Shown one piece after another: positions 37,621 through 50,916 of a DNA stretch of 64,000 nucleotides. A program made the translations under genes and the position numbers. This stretch comes from Felis catus (Eukaryota), in assembly GCF_018350175.1 (NCBI RefSeq), contig NC_058368.1:133426001-133490000 (forward strand), read 5' to 3'. The notes under the pieces are model-generated. The model saw nothing but the letters and a program-made list of their open reading frames with translations. It searched no databases and was not told the DNA's origin. How positions within the stretch are numbered: the first letter of the stretch is position 1; every line of letters begins with the position of its first letter.

Positions 37621-39879
37621 TTTTTTTTAGTTGGATTGATAGGAGTCCTAACTTCAGTTACCTGTCTGAAGTTGTTTGTTACAGTTCGTAACTTTGTCAT
37701 AACCTTGTTTGGTTCATAACTCTCCTTCTGCTGCTTTTTTTTTTTTTTTTTTTTAAGGATAAAGGTGATTTTCAGAAAGACTTTGGTCCTCAATTCAGTT
37801 GGTATTTTCTGCCATATTTTCAAGTGCTGTAGCAGTTTTCCAGGTGCGTATGTACAGCACAGAACATTACCTTGTATGGCATAAGCTGTCGGACTGTCTT
37901 TTATAGCCAGGTCTTACATCCATGAGAATTGTCAAATTTTTCCACTGTTGGGTAAACCTTTAGCTTGGTTTGGACATTAATGCAGTGTGACTCACGATCC
38001 TAAGGTCATGCTAAGTCCATATCCATTTTTAAGCCCAGTTCCCTCTAGGTTCAGAAGCCTTTGCCTTGGAGTGCATCTATGCCAAGAAGACCAAAGGGGC
38101 CGACCCATTTTCTAAGACCTTGCTACAGTGTTAGTGACACTGGGCCCATTGGTAAGGGTGGTTGCAGCTTTGACACACTTACTCAAACAGGTATGAAGTA
38201 ATCTTAGGAATGTTCTGGCAGTCATACCTCCTAGTAGAGCACTCTCTGGAACCAGCTCTGTTCATGGTTTTAGACCAAGTTTTAGACCTGAGCTTTACCA
38301 GCCAGGCTAACTCCTCACTATTTTGTAGAGCTGAATTCTTCAGAGGTTAAACGTGCAGGGATGGCCAGGACCCTGTGCTCTGGTGCAAGGGTAAGCATGA
38401 AAAGGGGTGCTGGGTCTTTATGTCTTTATTCTGTTACCTCAGACAGGAAAAGTATCAGTCCTTCCACAGACTCTCTTACATGACTGGTGAGTATTGCAGA
38501 ATCTTTCCCATTGCTTCTGGAATGAGACAAAGAGAAAGGAAGGATTGTTATATCGTAATAGACTACCTTATGGAAAAACGATTCCCGTTCAGGGCAGTGA
38601 TTGCCTGGTCTGAGAACTAGGATGATTTCTTGGGCCCTTTTAGGTGATGGGAGAGGTGGGAAAGGATCTTGCTTGGACCAAGACTGGCCACCGTGGCCAA
38701 TAGAACAGATCGAGTGAAGACCTTCCCATGGAAGTCACTCCAGTCACTGAAGAGGAACATTTTGTAAAATTCGGTTTAAAAGGTCAACATTTAAATTTAT
38801 GTCCCTAACCTTTCCTCATCAGAGTAAAACCACAAAAGAACTTAGTCCCGGCTTTTCAGGCTTCTCAACGTTTATCCTGTCATTGGAAAAAAAATTTGAA
38901 AGGAGGATCTGAGAGTCTCTTAGTAGCAGTGTCTTTAGGAGCCAGTAACCGCTCTGCTTAAACAGTTTCTTTTTTGCAATTTAAGCTTCAGTGAAAATGA
39001 AGACAGTTGGCTACTTTGATCTTAATAAAAATGCTTCATATTCGTGGAGACCGTTAATTGTTACTTAGTATTCTTTTCTTCAGACTATCTGCTCTCATGT
39101 TGCTTCCTCATTTTATCTTAGGTCTCTGCTGAAATATCTTGTGATCTCTTAGAGGCCAGAATCGATTTGTACCCTAGACAGGATTTCTTTAGTCCCAGGG
39201 GAAGAGGAATGTCGGTTTCCTTGAAGTACTCGAATTAAGAGCCCCCACTGACAATTCTCCCTTAGTCTCCTCTTGTTGCTCCTTAAGATGAACTCCTTTT
39301 ACTCTTTTTTTGCTGAGCTTTTCCATTCTCAGAGGCTTCTCTCTTACTGTGCCTTTCTTCTGAAACTTACTACTGTTCTACCTTGCCTGTAAAACTTCAG
39401 CCTAGCACCTCATTGTTTGTTTGACCTGCCTGGATCTTAAAAGTTCAAATCGGTTGGGAATTCTAGATCTGCCCTTGACCAGCCTGTGCTAGTTACTTCA
39501 AGGTGCTTGTCCCTGAAGTTGATGAATAACATCTCCAGTGACTATGTAACCTTAGCTCTACATGTCTAATTAAACAGCTCACTTATTATCCTGACAGTCA
39601 TTAAAAGGTACAGGGTCTGGTACTGTAGTATATTGAACATGCTTTCCTGCATGGGAAACTTAAGTATTACAAGGGGTAACAGCATCTCAAGTTATATTCT
39701 TCAGATCTTATGGACTAGTAACGTAGATATTTTGGGTTGTTTTCTCACATGATTTGGGTGCATCTAGAATTGGCTTCCTCTGTTGGAAAGCTTTGCGTAT
39801 ATTGTAGGCATGTGATATGGAAACTTTCTGGGGCAGTCAGAATCCTGCATTAATCATTATAAGTAATAATTAATCTGTG

Positions 39880-40120
39880 TGGGGTGATGGAAAAGCTCTG
39901 ATTTAGGGAAACACTTTTCCTGTTCCCCCACTAACTGGGCATTTGACCTTAGATGAGTCATTTAGATTTTAATGCCTCAGTTTCCTCATTTGTAAAACGG
40001 GACCCATGATACCCACCTTGTCAACTTCACAGGGTTACTCATTTGAGGATTAAATAATGAATAAAGAAGCATTTGAAAACCTTGGGAATATTTCATTAGT
40101 ATAAGGTATTTAGTGCTGGT
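39880..40120 (+). mobile_element. MIR
   Basis: TGACCTTAGATGAGTCATTT...GCCTCAGTTTCCTCATTTGTAAAACGGG core. Confidence 0.85.
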
Positions 40121-40214
40121 AATAAGGGTGACAATCGGGGAATGAGATTAATTTTTATGTTTCTCATATTATTTCAGAAGCCACATAACCTTTGTTGACA
40201 AACTGTAAAAGTTT

Positions 40215-40444
40215 TATAAATTTTAAAAAAATCTATCTATCTATTTATTTTTTGAGAGAGCAAGCATGGGAGCGAGCATGAGCAGGGGAGGGGCAGAGAA
40301 AGAGGGAGGCACAGAATCAGAAACAGGCTCCAGGCTCTGAGGTGTCGGCACAGAGCCGGACGCGGGGCTCCAACTCACGGAGCTGTGAGATCATGACCTG
40401 AGCCGAAGTTGGATGCTTAACCGACTGAGCCACCCGGGCATCCC
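40215..40444 (-). mobile_element. CanSINE
   Basis: TSD TAAAAGTTT. Confidence 0.95.
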
Positions 40445-40804
40445 TAAAAGTTTGTTTTCATTTTTTGAAGATGAGAAAGTAGCTGCTGTGGTTGTCTTCT
40501 GGTTATTGCTTCCCACCCTTGAGCTAAAATGTCATATGCCATTAACTATCAGTTTTCACAAAATTTTCATACTTCCTTTTCTTTTCTTACTGGCATGTTC
40601 AGAAAGATACCTCATTGCTCCCTTCTCTTGCCTTGACTGTGATTACTTCATCCAAGCTGTTGACCCTTTCTGGGCTTCCTTCATGTCCTCGTTTGAGTTG
40701 TGAAAGAAGAAAATACAGTTAAAGAATTTCTTTTCCAGTCATGTTTCAGATGGTGACTTTTAAGGCAGGCTGAGCAATAGAACTTTTGGTGGAGTTGTTT
40801 TTAC

Positions 40805-41011
40805 TTAAAATTTTTTTTAATGTTTATTTATTTTTGAGAGAGACAGAGACAGAATGTGAGTGGGGCACGGGCAGAGAGCGAGGGAGACACAGAAGCAGAA
40901 GCAGGCTCCAGGCTCTGAGCTGCCAGCACAGAGCCCGACCTGGGGCTCGAACTCCAGGACCGTGAGGTCATGACCTGAGCTGAAGTTGGACGCTTAAGCG
41001 ACTGCACCACC
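40805..41011 (-). mobile_element. CanSINE, 5'-truncated, no visible TSD
   Basis: Ends GCGACTGCACCACC without the terminal CAGGCGCCCC. Confidence 0.92.
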
Positions 41012-41705
41012 GTTTCTCACCACCTCCATTGTCATAACCCTCACACAGCACCACCTTGTGCACTAGGGCTCCCGGTGCTGATCTCCCTCTTCGTCCTTCC
41101 TGACATCCTTGCCTTGTTTATCAGCTTGTATCTTGTGTAAAGCATAAACTAAGTCCTGTCACTCTTCAGCTTAAATCTACCAGTGTCCTCAAAATGCAAT
41201 TAGGCTAAAACCACACTTACTTTTTTTGCCACCCCCAGGCCAGGCGTGACCCAGCCCTGTTCGCCAGTTTTTGACCCTCCCCCCACCAAAGCCTCGCCAG
41301 CTACACTCACCCTCCTGCTTCCGTCTTTAGTACCTAGCTCTCGTCTCCGAGTCTTAGAGTTTGCTGTGGTTTCTTCCTTAAAGGCTGTCTGCCTTAGATC
41401 TTGTGGTTGTTTTCTCCTCATTATTTAATTCTCAGTCAGAGGTGGACTTCCTCAGAAAAATGTCCTCACCGCCCTAGCTGAAGCAGCACCCCCGTCCCCC
41501 CAGCCCTGGCATTCTGGAGCACAGGCCCTACTCGATTGTCTTCAGGGAACCTCCTGTTCTCAAGGGTGTGCCTGGTTTCGGTGATGTTCCTCCATCTCCC
41601 TGTACTTGCGCTGGAGTTCTGAAGGCGCTCTGTCTCAGTCACTGACTCCGTCAGCAGCGCCTGTGTCACGGTAGCTGTGCCACAACTGGTTTGGTAGGAA
41701 TGAAC
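41012..41705 (+). mobile_element. L2 3' fragment
   Basis: TTTCTCACCACCTCCATTG...GTTTGCTGTGGTTTCTTCC...TCTGTCTCAGTCACTG...GTTTGGTAGGAATGAA. Confidence 0.75.
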
Positions 41706-41947
41706 CATTGGACGGTGCAGCTGTGACTGCAGATGGTGTGTGAAGGGGCCGCCTCGTTGCTGTTGTGGCGGTCCTTGGTACTGTCCGTAGCCTGGTGTCC
41801 TTAGGCCGGTATGGCTGTGACCCTACAGCCATTTCCCTCCCTCCCTCGTAGCATATGGTATTAGGGCTCAAATGGAAATGGCTAAGTTTGTGTTTGCTCT
41901 AGTGGGAGCACAGGTAATAATGAATTGTAGTTTGAAAAGGAGACTTA

Positions 41948-42158
41948 TTTAAAATATATTTTTTTAATGTTTTTATTGGTTGGAGAGAGAGCATGAGTGG
42001 GGAAGGGGCAGGGAGAGAGGGAGACATAGAATCCAAAGCAGGCTCCAGGCTCTGAGCTGAAAACAGAGAGCCAGATACAGGGCTTGAACCTATGGACTGT
42101 GAGATCGTGACCTGAGCAGAAGTCAGATGCTCAACCCACTGAGCCACCCGGGCATCCC
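41948..42158 (-). mobile_element. CanSINE
   Basis: TSD TGAAAAGGAGACTTA/TGAAAAGCAGACTTA. Confidence 0.95.
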
Positions 42159-42699
42159 TGAAAAGCAGACTTAAACTGCCTTTGCATTCGTTAACACCAA
42201 GATGGTTGATAGAAATTTGTCTGCTAGTTCATGATGGAAAATCCTGGTAGTTCCTCTTTCCTTATCCTAACCTTATACAGATAGTTGTTCTTTGTTTCCT
42301 AGTTGATACTTTCCCTAATCTTGGTGAAATCCTCTGAGCCTAAGATTTCGGTGTGATCTGCATAAATGTTTTTTGACTTTTGTGTTAATGTTGTGAGAAC
42401 TTGTCAAAACTGGGCAGCCTGTTAGAATTTTATCAGCCCCGAAGTCACACTGAAGTAGAAAAAAGTGGCTTATTGCAAAGCTTTATTAATAGTTCAAAAT
42501 ATTTATTTATTTTTCATTTTAAACTTCCCAGTGCCATTCTTGTACAGACCATTTAGGAGTATGCCTTTCTAGTTGATTTTTCCTAAAGATTGTCCTGCGT
42601 GGAAGTGCCTTCATGTGTTCTTCTGTCTCTGAATATTCAACTGTACTTACGTAAAGAAAGACTGAGAGCCAATGCTTTCCCTGTATGAAATGGGGCTGT

Positions 42700-42702
<3 letters not shown>

Positions 42703-42758
<56 letters not shown>
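42703..42758. repeat. (AT)28 microsatellite
   Basis: Read directly from sequence. Confidence 0.97.
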
Positions 42759-42763
<5 letters not shown>

Positions 42764-42838
42764 CCCTGTATTAGGATTTCTGGATAGCATGTACAGATAC
42801 TTTTGTTTTCTAAAGCAAATTGTTCAATGTGTGTTTGT

Positions 42839-42871
<33 letters not shown>

Positions 42872-42955
42872 TTTGTGTTTTTAGTCTTTGTACATTAACA
42901 TACTGAGAAATAGACCTTTGGAATGATTTAAGACTATAATTAGGAAATATGTTTT

Positions 42956-43272
42956 TATTTTCTTATTTTTTAAATTTATTTTAGAGAGTGTGAGCAGGGC
43001 AGAGGGGAGAGTGGGGGGGGAGAGAGAGAAAGGGAAAGAGAGAGAGAAAGAAACAGAAAGAAAAAAGAGAAAGAAAAAGAAAAAGAGAAATAGCAAAGGA
43101 AAGAAAGAAAGAAGGAAAGCAAGCAAGCAAGCAAGCAAGCAAAATAAATCCCAAGTTGGCTACATGCTTAGCACAGAGCCCTATGCAGGGCTTGATCCCA
43201 CATTCCTGGGATCATGACCTGAGCTGAAATCAAGAGTCAAATGCTCAACCAAGTGAGCCATGCAGGTGCCTC
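42956..43272 (-). mobile_element. Older CanSINE with expanded purine-rich tract
   Basis: GA/GAAA/GCAA-rich tract; TSD AGGAAATATGTTTT/AGGAAATAAGTTTT. Confidence 0.92.
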
Positions 43273-43650
43273 AGGAAATAAGTTTTTAATTTTTGGTGTT
43301 AGATTGTAAATATGGTTTGCCTTTAGTATTTATAATAGAATGAAGTACATGTACTACCTTAATCATTAATGTAATCATTAATATAATTTATTATTAAAAT
43401 ATTGATTTTCATTGCTAATGACTAGTATTATTGAAGTCACTACTAATGTGTCTTTTAATATTTCAGCAGTTGATGATTAAGTTTGAATTGTAGTAAGTGA
43501 CTCACATTTGGTCAGTACTGTGTAGGTTGGATGTGGATGACTTTGGGGATAAATTACGTGGCTTGCTTGCTTTTTTATAAATGTATCTTAAATGCATTCT
43601 AAGATGGTGGCATTCATGTCGGATGTTTTGTGGTACCTGGCTGTATTTTC

Positions 43651-43879
43651 TTTTTTTTTCTTTTTTTCTTTTTTTAATTTACTTATTTTTTTATTTTTGG
43701 GACAGAGAGAGAGCATGAACGGGGGAGGAGCAGAGAGAGAGGGAGACACAGAATCGGAAACAGGCTCCAGGCTCTGAGCCATCAGCCCAGAGCCTGAGGC
43801 CGGGCTCGAACTCCCGGACCGCGAGATCGTGACCTAGCTGAAGTCGGACGCTTAACCGACTGCGCCACCTAGGCGCCCC
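43651..43879 (-). mobile_element. Young SINEC_Fc
   Basis: Perfect TSD TGGCTGTATTTTCTTTT; CpG-rich body. Confidence 0.97.
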
Positions 43880-44200
43880 TGGCTGTATTTTCTTTTGGTG
43901 GTGTTTTGCCTCTGTTCCCTTTTATAATCACTAAGGTGCATTCCTTGGTCTCTCTCTGCAGACCCTCTTAGAACTAGTTATTGGTTTCACTCCATGATTT
44001 TCTTGCTGGGGTGGATCTCACAGAAGACAAGCCAGTGTGCATTTACTCGTCTAGTTTCCTGTGATCCATTGGACCTTGATTTTCTGATCTTGAGTTTCTT
44101 AAGGGCTTAAGGCTACCACTGTTTGAATTTAGATGTTTCTTTAGTTAGGGTTTCATTTTAAAGAAAATTTTTACTCTTTTTTTTTTAGGGCTTGATTTTC

Positions 44201-44432
44201 TTTCTTTTTTTTTTTTTTTTAATTTTTTTTTTTTCAACGTTTATTTACTTTTGGGACAGAGAGAGACAGAGCATGAGCCGGGAGGGGCAGAGAGAGAGGG
44301 AGACACAGAATCGGAAACAGGTTCCAGGCTCTGAGCCATCAGCCCAGAGCCTGACGCGGGGCTCGAACTCGCAGACCGCGAGATCCTGACCTGGCTGAAG
44401 TCGGACGCTTAACCGACTGCGCCACCCAGGCG
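44201..44432 (-). mobile_element. Young SINEC_Fc lacking the first 4 nt
   Basis: Perfect 15-bp TSD TAGGGCTTGATTTTC at 44186-44200 and 44433-44447. Confidence 0.97.
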
Positions 44433-45129
44433 TAGGGCTTGATTTTCAATAAACAACATAAATGTTGGAAAAAGAAATGGATTTGAAATGGAAGGAATAG
44501 GTCAAGTCCTCATGCTGGATTTCGCAGCCTTGAGCAAATCGTGTAACTTAATCTCTGCACTCTTACCAGAGGGATGTGGTGGGCGTACCTACCTCATAGG
44601 TTGTTGTTAGAAAAAAAATTGTATATATGAAAATGCCCCAGAAATACTAGTTTTCACCTCTCAGAGCACCCTACTTTGCCAAAAACTGGACTTGCTCAGT
44701 TCAAAACTTTTTAAAAATTAAATTGACATATGGTTCAAAATATACCGTATTTGTATTTTCAGTTTTTATTGGCTTTTGTGTTCACTTCTATTTGTATTTT
44801 GTGTATTTTTCTGTTAGTGGGGAAAAAAATTCTTGGTTTAACAAGTTTCATTAAAGAAGGGTTGTTTTCTGCAACCAACTATGAGTCCTGAATGAGTAAT
44901 TGCTTTTAGGAGCAGACATTGAACTTTGGTGATTGAAAAATTAGCTCATGAAGATTTCCTCCTTGGCCTTCTGTCTTTCTTCCATCTGGAGGTCTAGCAC
45001 TGTTGGCTGGATCTTCTGGGAGTGTGTAACTCTCCTGACACAGCATGGAGGTCCTTTATCCCAGGCGCTCTCTAGCTCTCTGATGTGGGCTTCTCTCTTT
45101 TTATTGACTTACTCCCACCAAGGACTTAT

Positions 45130-45850
45130 TTAGAATCTTCTATGAGCCAGGCTCCGTTCCAGGCTCTGGAGATAGTCTTTCCTCTCGCTGACATTCATGT
45201 ATAGGGGATGAATACCCACATAATGACACATGTTGCCATTCAGGTGGAGTAAGTGCTGAGGGAAACATAGGGTAGAAGGGGCAGTGAGACACCATGTATC
45301 CATGACAGGGGATAGGTTGAGTAAGGAAGGCTTTTTGTCAGGGTAACATTTGAGTGGAGGCCAGAATGAAGTGAGCATGCCAGCTTGTAGGTATTTGTGG
45401 CAAGAGCCCTCCAGGCAGAGGAGCAGCAGGTGCAGAAGCCCTGAGGTAGGACTGTGTTTGGGGTAATGGAAGAAAAAGAGGTTGGTGTGGATGGAATAGG
45501 TGAGCAAGGAGGGACAGAATGGTAAAAAAAAAAAAAGGAGATCAGAAAGGTATCAGGAACCAGGAATGTGGGACCTTGAGGCTACTGTCAAGATTTGGGC
45601 TCTTATATTGAGTAGAAGGGAAGCAACTGGATGGTTTTGACATGATATGACTTAAATTGTAGGAGTATCGCTCTGGCTCCTGTGTTGAGAACGGACACCA
45701 GGGAAGATGGATGGGAGCAAGGAGGCAAGTTGCACCAGTTGAAGAGAGAAAAGACCATTGGCTTTGACCAAGAGGAAGTAACATGGGGCTGGAAACTGGA
45801 TGTATTCTGAGGGTAGGCCTGTCAAGATTCGTTCCGATTTGGATGCATGT
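45130..45850 (-). mobile_element. L2 fragment
   Basis: CTATGAGCCAGGC...CCAGGCAGAGGAGCAGCAGGTGCAGAAGCCCTGAGGTAGG...GATTTGGATG. Confidence 0.85.
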
Positions 45851-46389
45851 TCTTGTGAGTTCCCCTCCCGACAAGGTGGCTGGCACAATACGTCACTTCA
45901 TGTCTGCAGCCTTTCAGGAGAGCGTTTCTCACAGGTGGTCATAGGTCTGGTGAGGGAAGTGTCAGTAGGTCGCCAGCTCTTGAAGCAATCCTTTGGTGCT
46001 GTGAGGAAGGTGCTCAGATCCCAGCCAAGAGAGGCAGAAAGAAGATGGCATGGATGTGATCAGCGTTATCTGAAGCTCACTTTGCACAGCATTGATGCCA
46101 TCAGCAACCTTAAAAATTATTCCTTTAAAAAAAAAAAGTCAATAAAATCGCTGTAATACTGAAGGCATTACTTAGTATTTGAAGGAAGTATAATCATTCT
46201 CCTAATAAATGTTCTACATTTTGACAACATCTATGTTTATTAGTTGGATCAGTGATGGGAGGGAGATTGAGGCATAGGATACAGGAGCAGCAAGGTCACA
46301 ATTTTTTTTTCCAACCAGCAACCATGATTTCTCAGGGGGAACTCAACAGATAGGTAGCAGTGGAGTGCTGCTGGTGTTTTAACAGCTTG

Positions 46390-46620
46390 ATTTTTTTTTG
46401 TTTAAAAACATTTTTTTTTAACGTTTATTTATTATTGAGAGACAGACACAGAGTGTGAGCAGGGGAGGGGTAGAGAGAAGGGGAAACACAGAATCCGAAG
46501 CAGGCTCCAGGCTCTGAGCTGTCAGCACAGAGCCCGATGCGGGGCTCCAACTCATGGACTGTGAGATCATGACCTGAGCCAAAGTCAGTCGCTTAACCAA
46601 CTGAGCCACCCAGGTGCCCC
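46390..46620 (-). mobile_element. CanSINE followed by a short antisense L1 fragment (about 46625-46790)
   Basis: Ends GCCACCCAGGTGCCCC; then AAGTGTGCAATTCAGT...GTTGTGCAGCCATCACC. Confidence 0.93.
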
Positions 46621-47440
46621 GTATACCATAAAGTCCATACAATGTAAGTGTGCAATTCAGTAAATCACAGTTGTGCAGCCATCACCATAATTTAGTTTTA
46701 GATCATTTCTGGAACATCCCTTGTGTCCCCTTGCAGTCACTTCCTGTTCCATCCATCCAGTGAGGTGGTTTTGTTATGCGTAGAAATGTCCAAAGTTCAG
46801 AAATAGCCATTCAGTTTGTATATAAAAGATCAAATCAGGAAAAAAAAATGGTGTGTTTATCTGTGTTCCAGTTGGAACCCTGATAGCCATCAGAAAATGT
46901 GAGCTGCCTGGAAACCCAGAGATGGTAATATTTTGAGTCACAACTTTTATAGGAACTTGAAGCATTAACACATGTGAACACTGTTAGCTTGTCCAAATTT
47001 TGTATGAAGTGTAAGAATGATACAGGTCGATGAGGTTGGTTGCTGTGTTTTTGTAGTCTCCAGGGTGGAAGATGCCAGAAGGCCAAGTGGACTCGTTTTT
47101 GCCAACACTATAATCTTGTTCCTGGGCTTTTGATCCAGAATTGATAATTAAGACACAAATTGGAGTGCCTGATTTTTTTCTTGTAACCCTTTATATCTCT
47201 TTTATTATGCCATGTCTGTTTGGAGTGTCAGTTATTCTTTAAAAGTGCACTCATTTGGGTTGATTCATTTGTTGATGAGAAAAATAAGTGTAGTATTGAG
47301 TACTTATTAAGTGCCAAGTGTTCAGCTTTAGTTTCCTCACCTGTGAAAAGGGAATCCTAACAATCATCCGCAGGTTGTTACAAAGACTACATTAGGTGAT
47401 ACATAAAACTTAGTCATGGTGTTTAAGAAATAACTGTTGA

Positions 47441-47653
47441 GGCGGGTCTGGATGGCTCTGTCAGTTAAGCATCTGACTCTTGATTTCAGCTCAGGTCATG
47501 ATCTCACGATTTGTGAGTTGAAGCCCCAAGTAGAGCTCTGTCTGTGCTGACAGTGCTGAGCCTGCTTGGGCTTTCTCTCTCTCTCTCTCTCTTTGCCCCT
47601 CTCCTGCTCATGTACACACTCTCTCTCTCTCTCATAATAAATAAATGAACTTA
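47441..47653 (+). mobile_element. CanSINE inserted in a MIR (MIR about 47290-47680)
   Basis: TSD TAACTGTTGA; upstream AGTTTCCTCACCTGTGAAAAGGG MIR core. Confidence 0.9.
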
Positions 47654-49049
47654 AAGTAACTGTTGAGTAATAGGTTGCCAGTATTCTATTTCCTGTTAAT
47701 CCTGTCTATAGTACTGTGCCCCAGTTTTGAGCTCTAGGCTGGACTTGGGATTCCCTGCAAGTTCCAGTCTTGCACCTCCTCCTCCATGCTCCCTGCTCTA
47801 CTTAGCCCTTGTGAAATGCCCGCACAGGTCACCATTGTTCCCAGGCCTCTGCTTTATCCTTGCGTGTCTTTTGTGTCTTCTCTTACTGTGCCTAAGAACC
47901 TGGAGCTTACTGTCCTTTAAGCAGACAGTCAGAAGTTTCATATGTTTTCGGGTAGTGGGTGCCCTGGGGGAGGGGTCACTTAGCATGAGGGTGTTTCTAG
48001 GGCTTTCTGATCTGGGGTCAAGCTGTGAATGATTGGTGTCCTCCAGGACACAGAAACTGCCCTGCATAAGCTTCATGGTTCCTCTGGGGGCCTCGTTCCT
48101 AGATGGGGATCCCTTCCAAAATTCTCCAGAAACTTTCTGGAGAGTGGATTACTGGGAGGGGCAGATTTCATGGTTTTTATTTATGTGTGGTAATTCAGCA
48201 TTCTGCTTGCACAGATTCATTTGAGATCATCTAAAGATTAAACGTACTGTGTGCTGTCTGCATTTCCCCATAGCTTCCTTTTTTTTCCTCTCTGTTTTTA
48301 ATGGGTATAGCACGAGCATGTTCAGAATGATAATGACGGAAACCTCACCGTAATTAAATACATGTGCTGCTTTAGTTCTACAAAAGTCCCAGGTGTGTTT
48401 CTAATCTCGGCTCTACTAGTATGTAGGGATTTTTTTTTAAGATGGAAACAAAAGATATAAATGATAAAAACAAAATCTGAGCCAAATACATAATTATACA
48501 GTCGAATGCTGTGGTATGATTTTGGATGGCAAAGTCAAATAATGTTTCACAGGAATGGTCTCAGGTTCTCTCGAGTCTGCTCTGACACCTCCATTTAAGA
48601 TGCTATGAAATGAAAACCTTGTTGACTACAGAATCCTGTTTTCAGCAAGTGTTCTTATAGCCATATGCCTGGCATTTACCATTAAACATTATTTAAAATC
48701 TGAGCACTCAGAACCTTGTGATTTACAATCAGAAGACATGTTTCCATGGTTCCCTTGGAATATTCAGTTTGTTGCAATGCGTTAATCAGTGACTCAACAA
48801 ATATTAATCAGTAAATTCATAGTCCTTTTCTATATTGTAATTACAACAGTTGACGTTTTTCGGTATGTGCTATGGGTTAGGCAGCCTGTGTACATTATTT
48901 TGTGCCCTCTTCTAGCACTTCTCAGGAGCACGTACTGTTGTCCCTAGAATACAGGTGGGGAAGTGAGATGAAGTTAACTCCCCCATGGTCACACAAGCTA
49001 TAAATGGCAGTATCCAATGCCAAAGCCCCATGGCATTAGCATATACTGT

Positions 49050-49210
49050 ACGTTGCATAACAATCAACTGGGAAGTTGGTTAATACGAAGATTTCTGGGT
49101 GCTGCCCTGAGACTAGACTAGTAAATCTAGCTGCAGCCTAGGAATATGCGTTTTTAACAGCCTCCCCTGTGATACTAGTTGAGTTGATCCAGGAACTTCC
49201 CTGAGAAACA
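49050..49210. mobile_element. MER5-like DNA transposon
   Basis: AATCAACTGGGAAGTTGGTTAATA..AGATTTCTGGG...CCTAGGAATATGCGTTTTTAACAGCCTCCCCTGTGAT...TGAGAAAC. Confidence 0.7.
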
Positions 49211-50044
49211 GAAGTCCCCAAAATTGTTTCCATCTTCAATATGACAAAAGACTTTAGGGTAACAGAGAGACCCTCACAATCTAATTTATGCCAGTGATGA
49301 TGACCATAATCCATTCCCCAGAGTAGAGAGGACTCACTAAAGAGGCCAAGGTGAATTGGAAGACAGAGCCAAGCCCAAAATACCCCCCTTATTCATAACA
49401 CTATGTTAAATGGGAAGGTGATTTATAATTTGAAATTTAAATTTATTGTGAAAGGAAATACCTTTTGAGGTTAATAAGACAGGTTATTTTATATATTCTT
49501 TTAAGGAATGTTAATTGTCAGGAGTGAAATCATACAGTTTTGGTCTTTCTCGGGCCGACTTATTTCACTGTGTGTAATAACCCATCCATGGTATTGCAAA
49601 TGACAAGATACCATTCTAAAAGCTGTTGTAATTTGTATTTGAAATTGTACCTGCCCTTACTCTGAAAGCTCTGTGGTGCTCCTGAACATTGAGACAATAC
49701 GGCTTTATTTCCTGGGTCTTAATGTGTTTATTTCCCTGTAGGGAGGCCTCTACCTGAAGAGAGCTCAGTCTGTCTTAAGAAGATTCCAGTAAAGGGCCAG
49801 AGCTCTTGTGCTCCTGCATTCCGGTTCCTCCTCATGGAGTCCTATGAACTAGCCACTAATGTTGAAAATGTAGAAAAAGTTGATCTTCTGTGGACTGGAA
49901 GTAGCAAAGTGGCTTGCATCCAATAGGTTCTAGCCTACTGCTCATTTGTGCCAGTTTTCAGGCACCTCGTGTGGTGGTGGTGGGAGCTGTGTGTTCCTCA
50001 TACCTGGGATGGGCTGCAGGTGAGGGGGGATGGCACTTGATGGT

Positions 50045-50437
50045 TGTATGAGTCTGCCAGAGCTGCCACAACTAAGTGTCAGGGACTTGGGGGCTCCAAC
50101 AGCAGACATTTATTTCCTCACAGTTCTGGAGGCTGGAAGTTCAAGTTCAACTTGATCTTGGACTCAGATTTTATTCTGAGGGCTTGTAGGTGACCATCTT
50201 CTTCCTGTGTCTTCATGTGGTTTCTTCCTCTGTGCTTATCTGTGTCTTAACTTGCTTTTTTTTTTTTTTTTCTTTCTCAAGATACCAGGCCTATTGGGTT
50301 AGATGCTACCTAATGACTTCATTTCACTTTAATTTCCTCTTTGAAGACCCTGTCTCCAAATATAGTCACAATCTCAGGTACTCGGGTTTAGGATTTCATT
50401 TATGAATTTGATGGAGGAAACAATGAAGCTCATAACT
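50045..50437 (-). mobile_element. MLT1 (A/B/C-like) LTR
   Basis: CAACAGCAGACATTTATTTCCTCACAGTTCTGGAGGCTGGAAGTTCAAG...CCCTGTCTCCAAATATAGTCACA. Confidence 0.88.
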
Positions 50438-50916
50438 GGAAACAAGTTGAGACCCTGGAGTGATAAACATGGAGGGCATATACTGTGGTAAAGAGCAGTG
50501 CCTTTTAAACTCTCTTCTTTGAAGTCTTTGAACTCTTTGTGTTGACTTCAAAGCGTTGATTTCTTTGCCTAGCATGCCCTCTGTAATGCTCCATGAAATA
50601 GTTACTACAAGATCAGAGCCTTTGTTATCATTGGTAATACTAACAGGTACCATTTGAGTGCCCATAAGTGCTAGATCTTCTGTACATCTCACTCTGGTCT
50701 TTCCAGAGAAGGGGATGGTTCTGGTAGATCTATTTAACAGATGAGAAGACTGGAATTGAAAGAAATAACTTTTCTGAGTTCACACAACTACCAAGTGAGA
50801 GTCAGACCCAGCTGTGCAAAACTTGTCTGAGTTAGTGTCTTGGCTTAACCACTAGCTTGGGTCACACTTAACTCTGTCTGAACTGCAGTTTGTTTTTTCT
50901 TGAAAGGTTAATTTTT

